NCBI RefSeq assembly: GCF_006345805.1
Contig: NC_043006.1
Location: 45,756,001-45,820,000 of the forward strand
DNA length: 64,000 bases
DNA from: Octopus sinensis
Taxonomy: Eukaryota
Direction: 5' to 3'
The translations under genes were made by a program, and so were the position numbers. This document shows positions 36,400 to 49,249 of the stretch, one piece after another. The notes beneath the pieces are model-generated. The model saw only the letters and a list, made by a program, of their open reading frames with translations, did not search any database and was not told the origin of the DNA. Every line of letters begins with the position of its first letter. The stretch's first letter is position 1.

Positions 36400-37379
36400 G
36401 CAGCGGTAATACCTTGCTTTTTTTTGCGTTTTCTTTGTGTGTTTCGTTTTATATTTATCATTTTTTCCCCCTACTCTTTCACCATAAATTATATTTTGTA
36501 AAATTTACCATTTCGTTTTAGAACAGGTGGTGGTATTGGTTCAGTGAATAGCAAAATCGACCGGTCCCTGTTGTTCTATTTTGTCGATCTATGTAACTTT
36601 AAACATCCCGCATCATGAAATACATAGTGTTTGTCTGTGCTGGTCGGTGTTACTTGCTGCTACGACAATTCACCTTGGTAGCCTTTCTTATTTATTATTA
36701 TTAGTTGTATTAGTGAGTTGTTTTTATCGTCTTTCCTGTAGTATCTTGTAGCGGTGTTCAACAAGAGAGATAGAAACATATATATATGTGTGTGTGTATG
36801 TATGTATATATATATATCTATCGAGAGAAGGAGAGAGAGAACCTAAAGTAGAATGTGCTCACTCGACCTATTTGTACCTACCTCCTCTTTCGTTTACACC
36901 TGACCAAAGTACACACTAGTCATCTCTCCCTTCCCCTCTCTCTTTTTTTTTTTGTTTGTTTGTAAGTTGTTTTTTTTTTCTTTCTCTTTCTCCTTTCATT
37001 GATAACAGGAAGTTTTGATGTGTGACTACTACTGCTATTACTACTCCTACCACCACAGGTACACACACATACGCCGAAAGAGATAGTGCGATTGAATTGT
37101 GTTCGTTGAGGAAAAATATTGTCCGCAAATTAATAGCAACTTCTTGAATACCTTCTCTTGCCAATTTTCTGTTATCTCTATCCCCACCCCCCAGCGCCCA
37201 CTATCTCTATCCTTTGTAGTGTTTTAGCGATCACAGCCAAGGCCAGACTGGGGCACCGTCTTTGAAATATATGTATCGTATATCTAGACAAAGTCCAAAT
37301 GTTTTCCTTTGAAATTAAACATTGTTGGCTTAAACTTTGAAAAGATTTGAGTAACTTTTTTTTACACACAAATACAATT

Positions 37380-37650
37380 GTGTCTACCTATCTATCTATC
37401 TATCTGTCTGTCTATCTGTCTGTCTATCTATCTATCTATCTGTCTATCTATCTACCTGTCTATTTATCTACCTGTCTATCTATCTATCTGTCTATCTATC
37501 TACCTGTCTATTTATCTACCTGTCTATCTATCTACCTGTCTATCTATCTACCTGTCTGTCTATCTATCTGTCTGTCTGTCTATCTATCTATCTGTCTGTC
37601 TATCTATCTATCTATATACATATCTATCTGTCTGTCTGTCTATGTATGTA
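37380..37650. repeat. (TATC/TCTG/TACC)n tetranucleotide array
   Basis: Direct reading. Confidence 0.9.
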
Positions 37651-38386
37651 ATGTAAATATAGATAGATACACGCGATACCCGATTGAGCATACCTGTGGT
37701 CAAGGTGTTAGTTCTAGCTATAAACATCCTGTTTTATTTTTATCAGTGCCCTGAATAGACATTTTTATAGACATTTAGCTCTATTTCTAGCTGGTCGACC
37801 ATCCTTATAGTTTCTTTTTACTGACTTTTACTTATCCCCGACCTCTCTTACATACACACACGATACTTATATTAATACATACACATATAAAAGTGATCTG
37901 GAAAGTCTCTACATGAACGTTCGAGCTGCTAGAAATAGCAGTCGCGCGTGTGTATTTAATTTCCTTGTTTTGTTGTTCTAGCACTGAGGTTGTGGTCAAT
38001 CTCTTCTTTCAGTCATTAACGTCCCATGTGACTAAATTGAACCTTTTTCCTACAAATATTTCCCTTTTCTTCTCCTCCCCTTCACCTCTTCGCCTCCTTC
38101 TTTGTCACTTCTTGTTGCCAAGTTCTTTCTTTTCTTTTCTCTCTTTTTTTAAAAAAATATATATACTAATTTACGACAATGATTATCTCAAATGTTATCA
38201 TCGTAATCTAAATTATTATTTACAAGATCAAAAAAAAAAAACCCTATTATTTTCATTCCTAAGTTTTCTATCTTTTACTGTGTATACACACACACACTCA
38301 CGCAGGTTGTTTTTTTATATTTTGCTTATATATCGTTTTATTTATTGATTTCCCATTCATTATATATATAGTGTGTTTCTGTGTGC

Positions 38387-38424
<38 letters not shown>

Positions 38425-38710
38425 ACTCCGTGGATTTATATGGATAATACCATACAAAATTCTGGTGCCTTTGACTTAAGTACCATATTCATCTGAATCT
38501 AAATTTTGCTGAACTTTTTATTTAAAATAATTAAAGCATTTTATTGTTCTTTTTTCTTTCTGCGTGTTTTATTGTAGAGGGTGCTCAATTTGAGCATTTG
38601 TCACGATTAATTTCAATAAAGTGTTTTTGAAATCAATAAGAGTGTATTCTTCTAAAAAAAAAAAAAAAAAAAGAAAAAAACCAGGGTGGTGCGCAACATC
38701 TGGGACACCC

Positions 38711-38769
<59 letters not shown>

Positions 38770-39289
38770 ATCATCGTCATTTAGCGTCCCATTTCTTATG
38801 CTGGTATGAGTTGGACTTTCTCTTTCCTTATATATATATATATATATATATAGATAGATAGATATGCATAATATATTTTCTGTCCTGCCAAAGACGTGTT
38901 TTCCTTAGCTTATCCATCTTGCATTGTTTAACCAAGGTGGTTTTGTTTTTTATTTATTTATTAATTCTCTCTCCCCTCTCTTTCTCTCACTTACATTGTG
39001 GTGCGCATAGCTCTCACCTTGCGAAAACGAAATCTTAAATACTTACTGAATTAATAACCAGTCGACCAACCAACCAAGCGATCAATCAATCAAACTGCCA
39101 GCCGTCCAACAAGGCAACCGACCACATGGATTTCAAAATAATCTTCGTACTTGATTTTTATTTTTTTTTTTAAAGATATTCTTTTATTCTTTTACTGCTT
39201 ACATTCATTGAACTATGCCCATGATGGAGCAATGCTTTATAACTTTCAGTTGATTAATCTGATCATATCTACACCTGTATTTGATTAAT

Positions 39290-39470
39290 AAAAAAAAAAA
39301 TCATCCAACATCATTTGGTGACACCATGAGGTTCCTCCGTGTGTCGTGGTCTTACATCATGTTCATTAAGATGCTGCCATGTAGTTCAATGTCTTCTTCC
39401 TCAATGATGATCTTGAGGGTCGGGTTCGGCCGCCCACATGCGTGTGGACACCAGGGGGACCATAATTTTA
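39290..39470 (-). pseudogene. Decayed C-terminus of an RTE-clade LINE ORF
   Basis: Minus frame WCPHACGRPNPTLKIIIEEEDIELHGSILMNMM*DHDTRRNLMVSPNDVG* resembles the RTE C-terminal W-x-P...GRP...D...M-x-DR-xx-WR pattern. Confidence 0.55.
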
Positions 39471-39961
39471 ACGATGTTTTTTTTTTTTTTTTTTAATTTA
39501 GATTTGTAGAATATTTTGAGGATAAAAAAGAACACAGCATCGAACAGCCAGCGGGTTTTAGACAGATTTAACATAAATGTGGTCTTTCTCTCTCTCTTTC
39601 ACACATATGTATATATTACAGCAGGCTTCTTCCAGTTTCCAATCACCAAATCTATTCACAAGTCTCTGGTCAACATAGGGCTATGGTAAAATACACTTTA
39701 CTCAAGTACAGTGCAGTGGAGTTGAACTCAAAACCACACAGTTGAGGAATGAGCTTTTGAACCACACAACCATGCCTGCACCTTATTTCATTACCATTGT
39801 TTTAACGTCCATTTTTTTCATGCTCGCATGGGTTGGACAAGATTCATTGTTGCAAATTTGTTTTTCTGTGGCTTGATCTCTTGTTGTCAATTGCCAACAC
39901 TCACTTGTTTCGAAGCAAGGTTGAACATTTGCTCATCCTTCAAACATAAGCAGTACGATAC

Positions 39962-40163
39962 TTTTTTACTTGTTTCAGTTATTTGACTGTGGCCATGGTG
40001 GAGCACTGCCTTTAGTCGAGCAAATCGACTCCAGGACTTATTCTTTGTAAGTCTAGTACTTATTCTATCAGTCTCTTTTGCCCAACCGCTAAGTTACGGG
40101 TACACAAACACACCAGCATCAGTTGTCAGACAATGTTGTGGGGACAAACAGGCATACAAACAT

Positions 40164-40196
<33 letters not shown>

Positions 40197-40342
40197 CGAT
40201 GGGCTTCTTTCAGTTTCCGTCTACCAAATCCACTCATAAGGTTTTGGTCGGCCTGAGGCTATAGTAGAAGACACTTGCCCAAGGTGCCATGCAGTGGGAC
40301 TGAACCTGGAACCATGTGGTTTGTAAGCAAGCTACTTACCAC
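39962..40342 (-). mobile_element. SINE family A
   Basis: Full consensus. Confidence 0.9.
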
Positions 40343-40609
40343 ACAGCCACTCTACGCCTATAGGTGGACAAGTTTTCATGGAAGATTGCTTTGTGTATGA
40401 CAATGACATTTATTGACAACTATTACGCAATGTTGTGACAAGGAGATGTAAACACACACACATACACACGTGTTTAATCAACTTTATTCAGCTTCCATCT
40501 ACAAAATTAACACATATGGTTTTAGTTGGCTCAGGGTTATAATAAAACTCACTTACCTAAAGTACTGTGCAGTGGGACTGAACCTAAAACCTTGTGAATG
40601 GGAAGCAAA

Positions 40610-41357
40610 CTTTTTAACTATATCACCATGTTCACATGCACACACATGCATTTACAATGATCTTCTTTCAGTTTCTACCTATGAAATCCACTCATAAAGC
40701 ATTGGTTGGCCCAGGGCTATACTAGAACAGTGCTCTGCAGTCAGTGTGCCATCATGAGATGATGCTAGGAGTGCCGCAGTGTAAACCGAATATAATTCTT
40801 CTCCCTATACTTCTAGTTATATTTTTAGTTTGGGTCTGCCGCTGAATTTCGAAAAGGATAGAAGTGTACCGCAAGTGGAAAAAAGGTTGTGGAGCACTTT
40901 ATTAGAAGGCACTTGTTCAAGGTGCTGTGCAGTGGGACTGAACTGAACCTACAACCCTGTGGATGGGAAGTGAACTTTTTTAACTATATCACCATGTTCA
41001 CATGCACACACATGCATTTACAATGATCTTCTTTCAGTTTTACCTATGAAATCCACTCATAAAGCATTGGTTGGCCCAGGGCTATACTAGAACAGTGCTC
41101 TGCAGTCAGGTGTGCCATCATGAGATGATGCTAGGAGTGCCGCAGTGAAACCGAATATAATTCTTCTCCCTATACTTCTAGTATATTTTAGTTGGGGTCT
41201 GCCGCTGAATTTCGAAAAGGATAGGATAGAAGTGTACCGCAAGTGGAAAAAAGGTTGTGGAGCACTTTATTAGAAGGCACTTGTTCAAGGTGCTGTGCAG
41301 TGGGACTGAACTGAACCTACAACCCTGTGGATGGGAAGTGAACTTTTTTAACTATAC
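40610..41357. repeat. 366-bp direct tandem duplication of a decayed family A SINE carrying a hAT MITE (40728-40899 and 41093-41267)
   Basis: tatcaccatgttcacatgc at 40621 and 40987. MITE TIR cagtgctctgca/tgtggagcactt; TSD tactagaa/tattagaa. Confidence 0.9.
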
Positions 41358-41828
41358 AGCCACAAATGCATACACATGTGACTTTGCTTCTGTTCTCTTC
41401 CCGTCTACTAAGAAGCCATTTGTTGACCCAAGGCTTATTGTAGGGGGTACCTTGCCCAAAATGTTGCACAGCATGACAAGACTTGGAATCATTCAGTTGC
41501 CAAGCAATCTTCTTAGCCTCACAACCATGCCAGCACCCATGTTTTTTTTATTAGTTTTCTTCTATTTTATTTTATTTTATTCTTAACAAAAAAAAAATCT
41601 GTTTTTGCTCCTATATTATTTTCCTTTTTCTCTCTTTGTATTACCAGCCAACTTTCATACTTACTATGTACAGTTTAATGGATTAATGCTGGTAGGATTA
41701 ATTCTGAGATCATCCGCTTTCTTAGCCTATTTAAATTGTAGTTAACTGAATATATATCAAACCACTATCTGTTATCACACTACGATATTTCTCAAGTTAA
41801 TTGTTTCTGTCTGTTTTCCTTCTCTTTC

Positions 41829-41860
<32 letters not shown>

Positions 41861-41913
41861 ATATATATATATATGTGTGTGTGTGTGTATTTGTGCATAC
41901 ATGTGTGTGTATG

Positions 41914-41946
<33 letters not shown>

Positions 41947-41998
41947 CCACACATACTTACGTACGTACATGCATATACCTGAACAGAGGCATTGCACA

Positions 41999-43042
41999 TA
42001 TAGGTGCAGGAGTAGCTGTGTGGTAAGTAGCTTGCTAACCAACCACATGGTTCCAGTCTCAGTCCCACTGCGTGTCAGCTTGGACAAGTGTCTTCTACTA
42101 TAGCCTCGGGCTGACCAAAGCCTTGTGAATAGATTTGGTAGATGAAAACTGAAAGAAGCCCATCATATATATATATTTATGTATGTCTGTGTGTGTGTTT
42201 TTTCCCCAACATCGCTTGACAACTGATGCTGGTGTGTTTACGTCCCCATAACTTGCGGTTCTGCAAAAGAGACCGATAGAATAAATACTAGGCTTACAAA
42301 GAATAAGTCCTGGGGTTGATTTGTTTGACTAAAGGCAGTACTCCAGCATGGCCACTGTCGAATGACTGAAACAAGTAAAAGAATAGAAGAAAGAATTGAC
42401 ATGAGTGAAACTAAGAACTTCAGTTAAACAAGTCGACCCCAAAACTCATTCTTTGTAAGCCTAGTACTTATTCTATCAGTATCTTTTGCTGAACTGTGAA
42501 GTTACGTGGATGTAAACACACCAACATCGGCTGTCAAGCGCTGATGGAGGGACAAGCACAGACACACACACACATATATATACAAAAATTTTATAATCAT
42601 AATTATAATAGGGCTTAGCAAAATTGCTTCAGCACATACCAAAATTTAGAAATAGCAGTTAAATACTATTCTACTACCATAAGATATCTCCCAGACATAT
42701 CTCGGTATGTGGTGAAGCAATTTTGCTAAGCCCTAATTATAATCATGTTTATGATTATAATAATTTTTGTATAAGTTTACCAATAATGGTTCTTTTAACA
42801 TACCGGGCTACTTGATGAGATTATTAATTATAAATTGATTAATTAATTTTACCCTTTATTATTATTGATAGTATATATATATATACAACAGGCTTCTTTC
42901 AGTTTCCATCTACGAAATCCACTCAAGAATTTGGTCAGCCCAAGGCTTATAGTAGAAGTCACTTGTCTAAAGTGCCATGCAGTAGGACTAAACCCAGGAT
43001 CATGCGGTTGGGAAGAAAGCTACTTACCACACAGCCACACCT
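41999..43042. mobile_element. Family A SINE (plus, 41999-42385) and family A SINE (minus, 42420-43042) with an insert in its microsatellite
   Basis: Consensus matches; the insert spans about 42580-42870. Confidence 0.85.
42579..42773. repeat. Long inverted repeat (arms about 60-70 bp, spacer about 63 bp)
   Basis: tagggcttagcaaaattgcttcagcacatacc versus ggtatgtggtgaagcaattttgctaagcccta, extending outward to tatacaaaaat/atttttgtata. Confidence 0.85.
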
Positions 43043-43106
43043 AGCCCCCCCCATTTTTAAATGACCATCCTGAAATACAACAATATAATAGAAGACATTT
43101 GTTTAA

Positions 43107-43326
43107 CCCTTTAGTGTTCAAATTTCTCTATTAAATGTAATATTTTTTCACTCAAATTCTTTTGAATTAATCATGCATTACCTTATAGCTTTGAGGTTTC
43201 AAGGATGTGATTGTTTATTTTTAGAATGTCAATGTAGGTTAGGTTTGAGGGGTTAGATATTCCCAGTTTGATTATAAAACATGTAGAATATTTGGGCCAG
43301 ATATGGCCGGTTTAAACACTAAAGGG
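43107..43326. mobile_element. 220-bp piggyBac-like MITE
   Basis: TTAA-ccctttagtgtt ... aacactaaaggg-TTAA; perfect 12-bp TIR. Confidence 0.9.
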
Positions 43327-43331
43327 TTAAA

Positions 43332-43552
43332 GTACTTATTTCTTTACTACCCACAAGGGGCTAAACACAGAGAGGACAAACAGATTAAGTCGATTATATC
43401 GACCCCAGTACGTTACTGGTACTTATTTAATCGACCCCGAAAGGATGAAAGGCAAAGTCGAGCTCGGCAGAATTTGAACCCAGAACGTAACGGCAGACGA
43501 AATACGGCTACGCATTTCGCCCGGCGTGTTAACGTTTCTGCCAGCACGCCGC
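43332..43552 (-). mobile_element. Family B SINE, near intact with CpGs retained
   Basis: Full head, core and tail type i. Confidence 0.9.
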
Positions 43553-44439
43553 ATTTGTTTAAAGTACCATGCAGTGGATCAGATTTAGGATCTCACGATT
43601 GCAAAGCAAAACCTTATTTAATCATTTGCGTATGCTTTGCCTGCACGTTTATTTGAGTTGATTTGCACAAAACACAAACACAACCACATAATGTGTATGC
43701 ACACTTACATTTCTAACATTGATTTGGGGATGGGGGAAGTATGTGGTTAAGACTCTGTGTGTATGTATGTGTGTGTTTATGTAGGTATATGTACATATAC
43801 ACACACCCTTTTGTATATATATGTGCGTGTGTGTGTTGTATCTATATGTGGGATATATGTATTAATATTGTGTGTGTGTGTGTATATATATACACATGCA
43901 CACACATACACACTTACGCATAATTTTCCAGTCAATATTATGTTGACTCTAATAAGATTATCTGTTATTTACCTTACTAATGAAAAAAAATGCTTATATT
44001 GTTACTCACATTTTTTTATGGTTTCAAGCAATCCTACAAAATACGTTTTCATAAAGCTTAATTAATTCCATTGATTTATTTTTAATACTCCTAACTTTGG
44101 TCATGAAATTAAGAAAAAAAAAAAAAAATTTTTTACTTAAAAACATAAATTCTATTTTCCATGAATTTTAATTTCATTAAATATGAAATAGAATTTATGA
44201 TGTCCTTTTTCACCCTGAAGTTATGGCCCATTATAAATTCCTGGTGGCAAACTAGCAGAACTGTTAGCATGCTGGGTCAAATGGTTTGTGGCATTTTGTC
44301 TGTTTTTACGTTCTGAGATCAAATTCTGTTGAGGTTGATTTTAGCTTTCATCCTTTTGGGGTCGATAAAATATGTACCAGTTAAGTACCCACCAAAACCT
44401 GCTGGCCTTGTGCTAAAATTTGAAACCAATATAAGTCCT

Positions 44440-45020
44440 GTGCCTTTATTATCAAATCTATTATGTGCTATATTAATTAGCAGAGATGTTGTCTTGAGGT
44501 TTGGTGACTACATGTCTCCTCAAACCTCAAGTGTCTTTCTTAGGATTCCCACAGAATTACAAGATTGCACTTTGCTGCAGGTAAACAATAGGAATTTCAA
44601 TTATTATTATTATTTAAACTATTATGTGCTATATTAATTAGCAGGGATGTTGTCTTGAGGCTTGGTAACAACAAGTCTCTCCAAATCTCAAGAATTTTAT
44701 TATTCTTGCAGAATACAGAATTGCGCTTTTCTGCAGGTTGACAATGTGAGTCTCAATTCCAATATCCTTCGTCTGTTAAGTATCAGTTTGGGTTTTGTGC
44801 CAAGTGCACCAATTACCAAGGAACATAGTTGTTATCTTTCACAGTCTCTTCATTTATCTAGCTATGTCCCAACATTTCTCAGTTCTCTTAAATTTTTTTG
44901 ATATCCATTCTATTATTATCTCTGGTATTTGCAAAGTCTATGAGCATACACTGTTTCTTTTGCCTCTATAAGCTTGCTTCAATAGTATGGTCTGCCTTCA
45001 TGCAGGGGGTCTTGTAGTTA
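44440..45020 (-). pseudogene. Two tandem 5'-truncated R4/Dong-like (restriction-like endonuclease) non-LTR retrotransposon 3' ends
   Basis: Frameshifted minus-strand peptides DHTIEA..KQCMLIDFA, VIGALGT and LQKSAILYSARII. The second copy gives LQQSAIL..NSVGILRKTLEV*. An (AAT)n tail lies between the copies near 44600-44613. Confidence 0.7.
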
Positions 45021-45245
45021 TCATTATAATTTGAAGGAGATTTTGCCGTTTTTTGGCAAATGCCTATAGGTCTGAAAGAGATCATGGAGATTGAATGAAT
45101 TTGGAGTAGGTATATAAGCCCATTCCATGCTTAACATGTGAAGGTTTGTATTTTTGCAAGATGCACGGTCATCTTTGGAAGACAAGTGTAACAATTTTAT
45201 AAGACTTGCTCGGGAAAGCAGAGGAAAAATATTATAATAATTTAC

Positions 45246-45302
45246 CAGTATAAAATCAGCATGGTTTTTAAATTTATAGCCCTTTTTGTGATGTCCCTGT
45301 GG
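45246..45302 (-). CDS. Candidate 57-nt exon (PQGHHKKGYKFKNHADFIL or HRDITKRAINLKTMLILY)
   Basis: aatttctttcattag acceptor, ctg|gtaaat donor, open in two frames. Confidence 0.25.
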
Positions 45303-45436
45303 CTAATGAAAGAAATTCAGAGGATTTCAAGGGGCAGAAATAGAGTATGTAATATCATCATCATCATCATCATCATCATCATCGTTTGTTCTTGCCAAAT
45401 TATGACAGCCCATCGATTCTTATAAAATAACTTTAA

Positions 45437-45656
45437 CCTTTTAGCATTTGGAATATTCTGTCAAATGTAATGCTTTTTAATTCATATTGTTTTGAATTAA
45501 TATTGCATTATCTTGTAGCTTCAAGATTTTGATGATGCAATTGTTTATTTTTATAATGACATTGTAGGTTAGGTGCGAGAGGTTGGATCTGCACAGTTTG
45601 AACATAAAACAAGTGGAATGTTAGGGTCAGGTATGGCCGGATTAAATTCTAAAAGG
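45437..45656. mobile_element. 220-bp piggyBac-like MITE
   Basis: TTAA-ccttttagcattt ... aaattctaaaagg-TTGA. Confidence 0.8.
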
Positions 45657-45784
45657 TTGAGCCTTATCCTTAGGTGTTGATCTTTCTGTTGTTGGTATTG
45701 TTTAGCCCTAGTTAATTCAGATTCAGTCTCCCTATTATCAAAGGCACTCCAGCTGTGAACATCCCGTTTATTTTTTATTTATTT

Positions 45785-46022
45785 ATTATCTTTTTTCTTT
45801 ATTGCCCACAAGGGGCTAAACATAGAGGGGGCAAACAAGAACAGACAAACGGATTAAGTCGATTACATCGACACAAGTGCGTAACTGGTACTTAATTTAT
45901 CAACTCCGAAAGGATGAAAGGCAAAGTTGACCTCGGCGGAATTTGAACTCAGAACGTAAAGACAGATGAAATACCGCTAAGCATTTTGCCTGGCGTGCTA
46001 ACGTTTCTGCCAGCTCACCACC
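45785..46022 (-). mobile_element. Family B SINE
   Basis: Full consensus, tail type i. Confidence 0.9.
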
Positions 46023-46600
46023 TTTATTATCTTGTTCTATCTCATCCAATGTGTCCTTCCCTTTTTTTTAAGACAGTAACGTGTTATTTGAAGAAGGATT
46101 TGGCTGTTATCTCTTGAGAGGTCCAAGCCACCTTGTAAAAAGTTGCCATGTTGTGAGCATTGATTGTGGAGTCTTATGAGTTAAATAAATAGTTATGTGA
46201 GATAAGGTATTATGCAGAATATAAGGAAACTTGTTGGTAGGGTTTTGTCTGTAAACATATCAGTCATGTCTCCTTCAAATCACACCTTGCTAGATAAACC
46301 CCATACCTCTATCTTTAAAAAAAAAAAGGAAGAAAAGGACATTGGATAATATAATCCAAGATATGCTATGGCAGAAAAAAATTATCTCTAGTCATGGTTA
46401 GAATGTATTTTATCATAGGCCTTATTCAGGGGTTCACCTGGGGCTAAACGACAATAATTAAGCTGTTAGGATTAAGGAACAAGCGGTAAAGGTGTTTTTA
46501 ATTACTTCAATAAAAATTCTGGTATTTTCCTATTATCGTTAGCCGATTCTTTTTATTTATTAAAGAAATTGGAGGGCAAAAATGTGAGAAATATAAACAG

Positions 46601-46761
46601 TCGTAGGAGTGGCTGCGTGGTAAGTAGCTTGCTTACCAACCACATGGTTCCAGGTTCATTCCCACTGTGTGGCACCTTGGCCAAGTGTCTTCTACTATAG
46701 CCTCGGGCTGACCAAAGCCTTATGAGTGGACTTGGTAGGCAGAAACTGAAAGCAGCACGTC

Positions 46762-46797
<36 letters not shown>

Positions 46798-46985
46798 TTG
46801 TCCCCCAACATCGCTTGACAACCGATACTGGTGTGTTTGTGTCCCCGTAACTTAGCTGTTTGGCAAAAGAGACCAATAGAATAAGTACTAGGCTTACAAA
46901 GAATAAGTCCTAGAGTCGATTTGCTCGACTACTGGCGGTGCTCCAGCATGGTCACAGTCAAATGACTGAAACAAGTAAAAGAGAG
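46601..46985 (+). mobile_element. SINE family A
   Basis: Full consensus. Confidence 0.9.
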
Positions 46986-47614
46986 TATGTGTCTTTCAAT
47001 CAATTTGTCCTCCTGTCTCAAGCCCTTTCTTCCTATGACTGCCATATATTTCTCTCTCTCTTTCTCTCCCCCTTTGTGTTTCTATTTGTCTCTTTCTTTC
47101 TCTCTCCCTTTCCTTTCTTTGTTCTTCTCTCCACCTACCCCTTCCCCCTTCACCCCTGTTACACTTAGATGCACACGTGTGCACTTGCACATACATGCAC
47201 CTATGCTTTCCTATTGGCATAATCTGTTGTCATAGCAAACGACGTGCAGTGATGCAGAAGCAATTTCTCTCTTATCCTGGTGAATCGAATCTAGACACAG
47301 AAGTGGCTGTATGATTAAGAAGGTCATTCTGTAAACACACAATCCTGGGTTCAATCCCAATACACAGCACCTCGGGGCTTCTACCATAACCAGTATCTAT
47401 GATGGGGATAGACTAGCGTTTTTCAAACTTTTTTGTCATGACCCACAGTTTGAAAAACACTGGTTTATATTCTGCACTTTGCATTCACTTGCATTTTTTT
47501 TTCTTTTCTTTTTTGTTGTAACCCATTTTGCTTATCTTATGACCCACTGAAGGGTCAGGAACCACAGTTTGAAAAACACTGGTGTAGGGGATTCACATGT
47601 CTCTTATCAAATAA

Positions 47615-48080
47615 GCCGGGTGAAATGCTTAGCAGCATTTTGTCTGCTGTTATGTTCTGAGTTCAAATTCTGCCGTGGTCGACTTTGCCTTTCATCCTTT
47701 CGGGGTTGATAAATTAAGTACCAGTTATGCACTGGGGTCAATGTAATCGACTTAATCCCTTTGTCTGTCCTTGTTTGGCCCCTTGTGGGCAATAAAGAAA
47801 TAGGAAACTCTACAGAATTCCATCGAGTATGAAAAAAGAAAAAAAGGGCGGCGAGCTGGCAGAAACGTTAGCACGCTGGGTGAAATGTTTATCGGTATTT
47901 CATCTGCCTTTACATTTTGAGTTCAAATTCCGCCAATGTCGACTTTACCTTTCATCCTTTTGGGGTTGATAAATTAAGTACCAGTTACGCACTGGGGTCG
48001 ATGTAATCGACTTAATCCATTTGTCTGTCCTTGTTTTTCCCCTCTATGTTTAGCTCCTTGTAGGCAATAAAGAAATAAGT
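47615..48080 (+). mobile_element. Two tandem family B SINEs
   Basis: The second copy starts ggcggcgagctggcagaaacgttagc. Confidence 0.88.
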
Positions 48081-49249
48081 CTGTTCTCAAATCATGCAGT
48101 ATTGGATAATGTATGTACCAGTATGAGGATATTGCTGTTTTGATCTTTATTCTGATTAAAAGTTTGGAAGTGCACTTTTTTTTTTTTTTCCACATTGAAA
48201 ATGTGAAGATTCCATATTTATTTATATATTTCAGCTTTCTGTCTTTCACCTTTTACAGTGAGTTTGGGAGGGAGGGGGGAGAGAGAGAAGGTGGGGGAAC
48301 TGAAGCTCAGCGAAATCCTTGTGTGCAAAATGTTTAGGGTTCTTGCCAAAATCTATAACTCTGTAGATAATTGAAGTTTTGTCTGGTGTTCCACAAACGT
48401 CACTGGTGCTGCTATTGTTTCTCTTTCGAAGCTTTTGCCAAATACAAAGACGATCAATAATAATAACTCTAAACATTACACATACACACACTTCTATGTA
48501 TGTATGTATGTATATATAATATTGGTTATTATCCTCCTCACCATTTTTAGTTGAACACTGCTGTCAGTATAAATCTTGGTGCTTCCTCTCTGCTCAAAAC
48601 AATGTCGCACCAGTGAAATGTGGGTAAGCCAAAGAAAGAAAGAAATAAAAGCAAGGCGGGGGGAACCTATAATATTTTCTAAATGTCTGCAGTTCTGCAG
48701 TTTTTTCAATTAATCACTTCCCATCAGGAAGAAGGAAATGGATTTGACCACTAGATTGATTGACCACTAACACAATTCCAGCCAAACCATTAATAATTTG
48801 AAAGCAAAACTACTTTTTCTCTCAGAGGCCCATATCACTTGGTGCATTTTTTTTTTCCTTTTGTCTCTATTGATTGTTGTAGGTTTTTGTTTTTGTTTTT
48901 CTTGTTTCTTTCTTCTTTTAAAAACAATTCATGATAGAATTTAAAAGTTCCAGAAAATGATTCTGTTGTAATTTTCTGAATTATCTTAAGCTGGAAGTGA
49001 GACAGCTAATCAATACAGTTTGATATGGCTAACAGATTTTTTCTAATTTTCATTAGGTGGATAGGTGGCTCTCAGTTTTGTGGAGGAAATCATGTGTAGT
49101 TAATTGAATTAACATCAGTATATTACTGGGCTTCATTTAATTGATCCTGAGTGATAGATTATCAAGTTCATCAAAGTCAATATTTGACTGATTTGAACAC
49201 AGAATGTACAAGGATAAGACTAAATGAGGCATTCACCATACTTAAGTTG

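Noticed and set aside
48551-48780. Plus-strand two-exon reading EHCCQYKSWCFLSAQNNVAPVKCG-KKEMDLTTRLIDH*
   Set aside because: Splice sites are acceptable, but the peptide is short, unrecognised and unsupported by neighbouring exons; consistent with chance.
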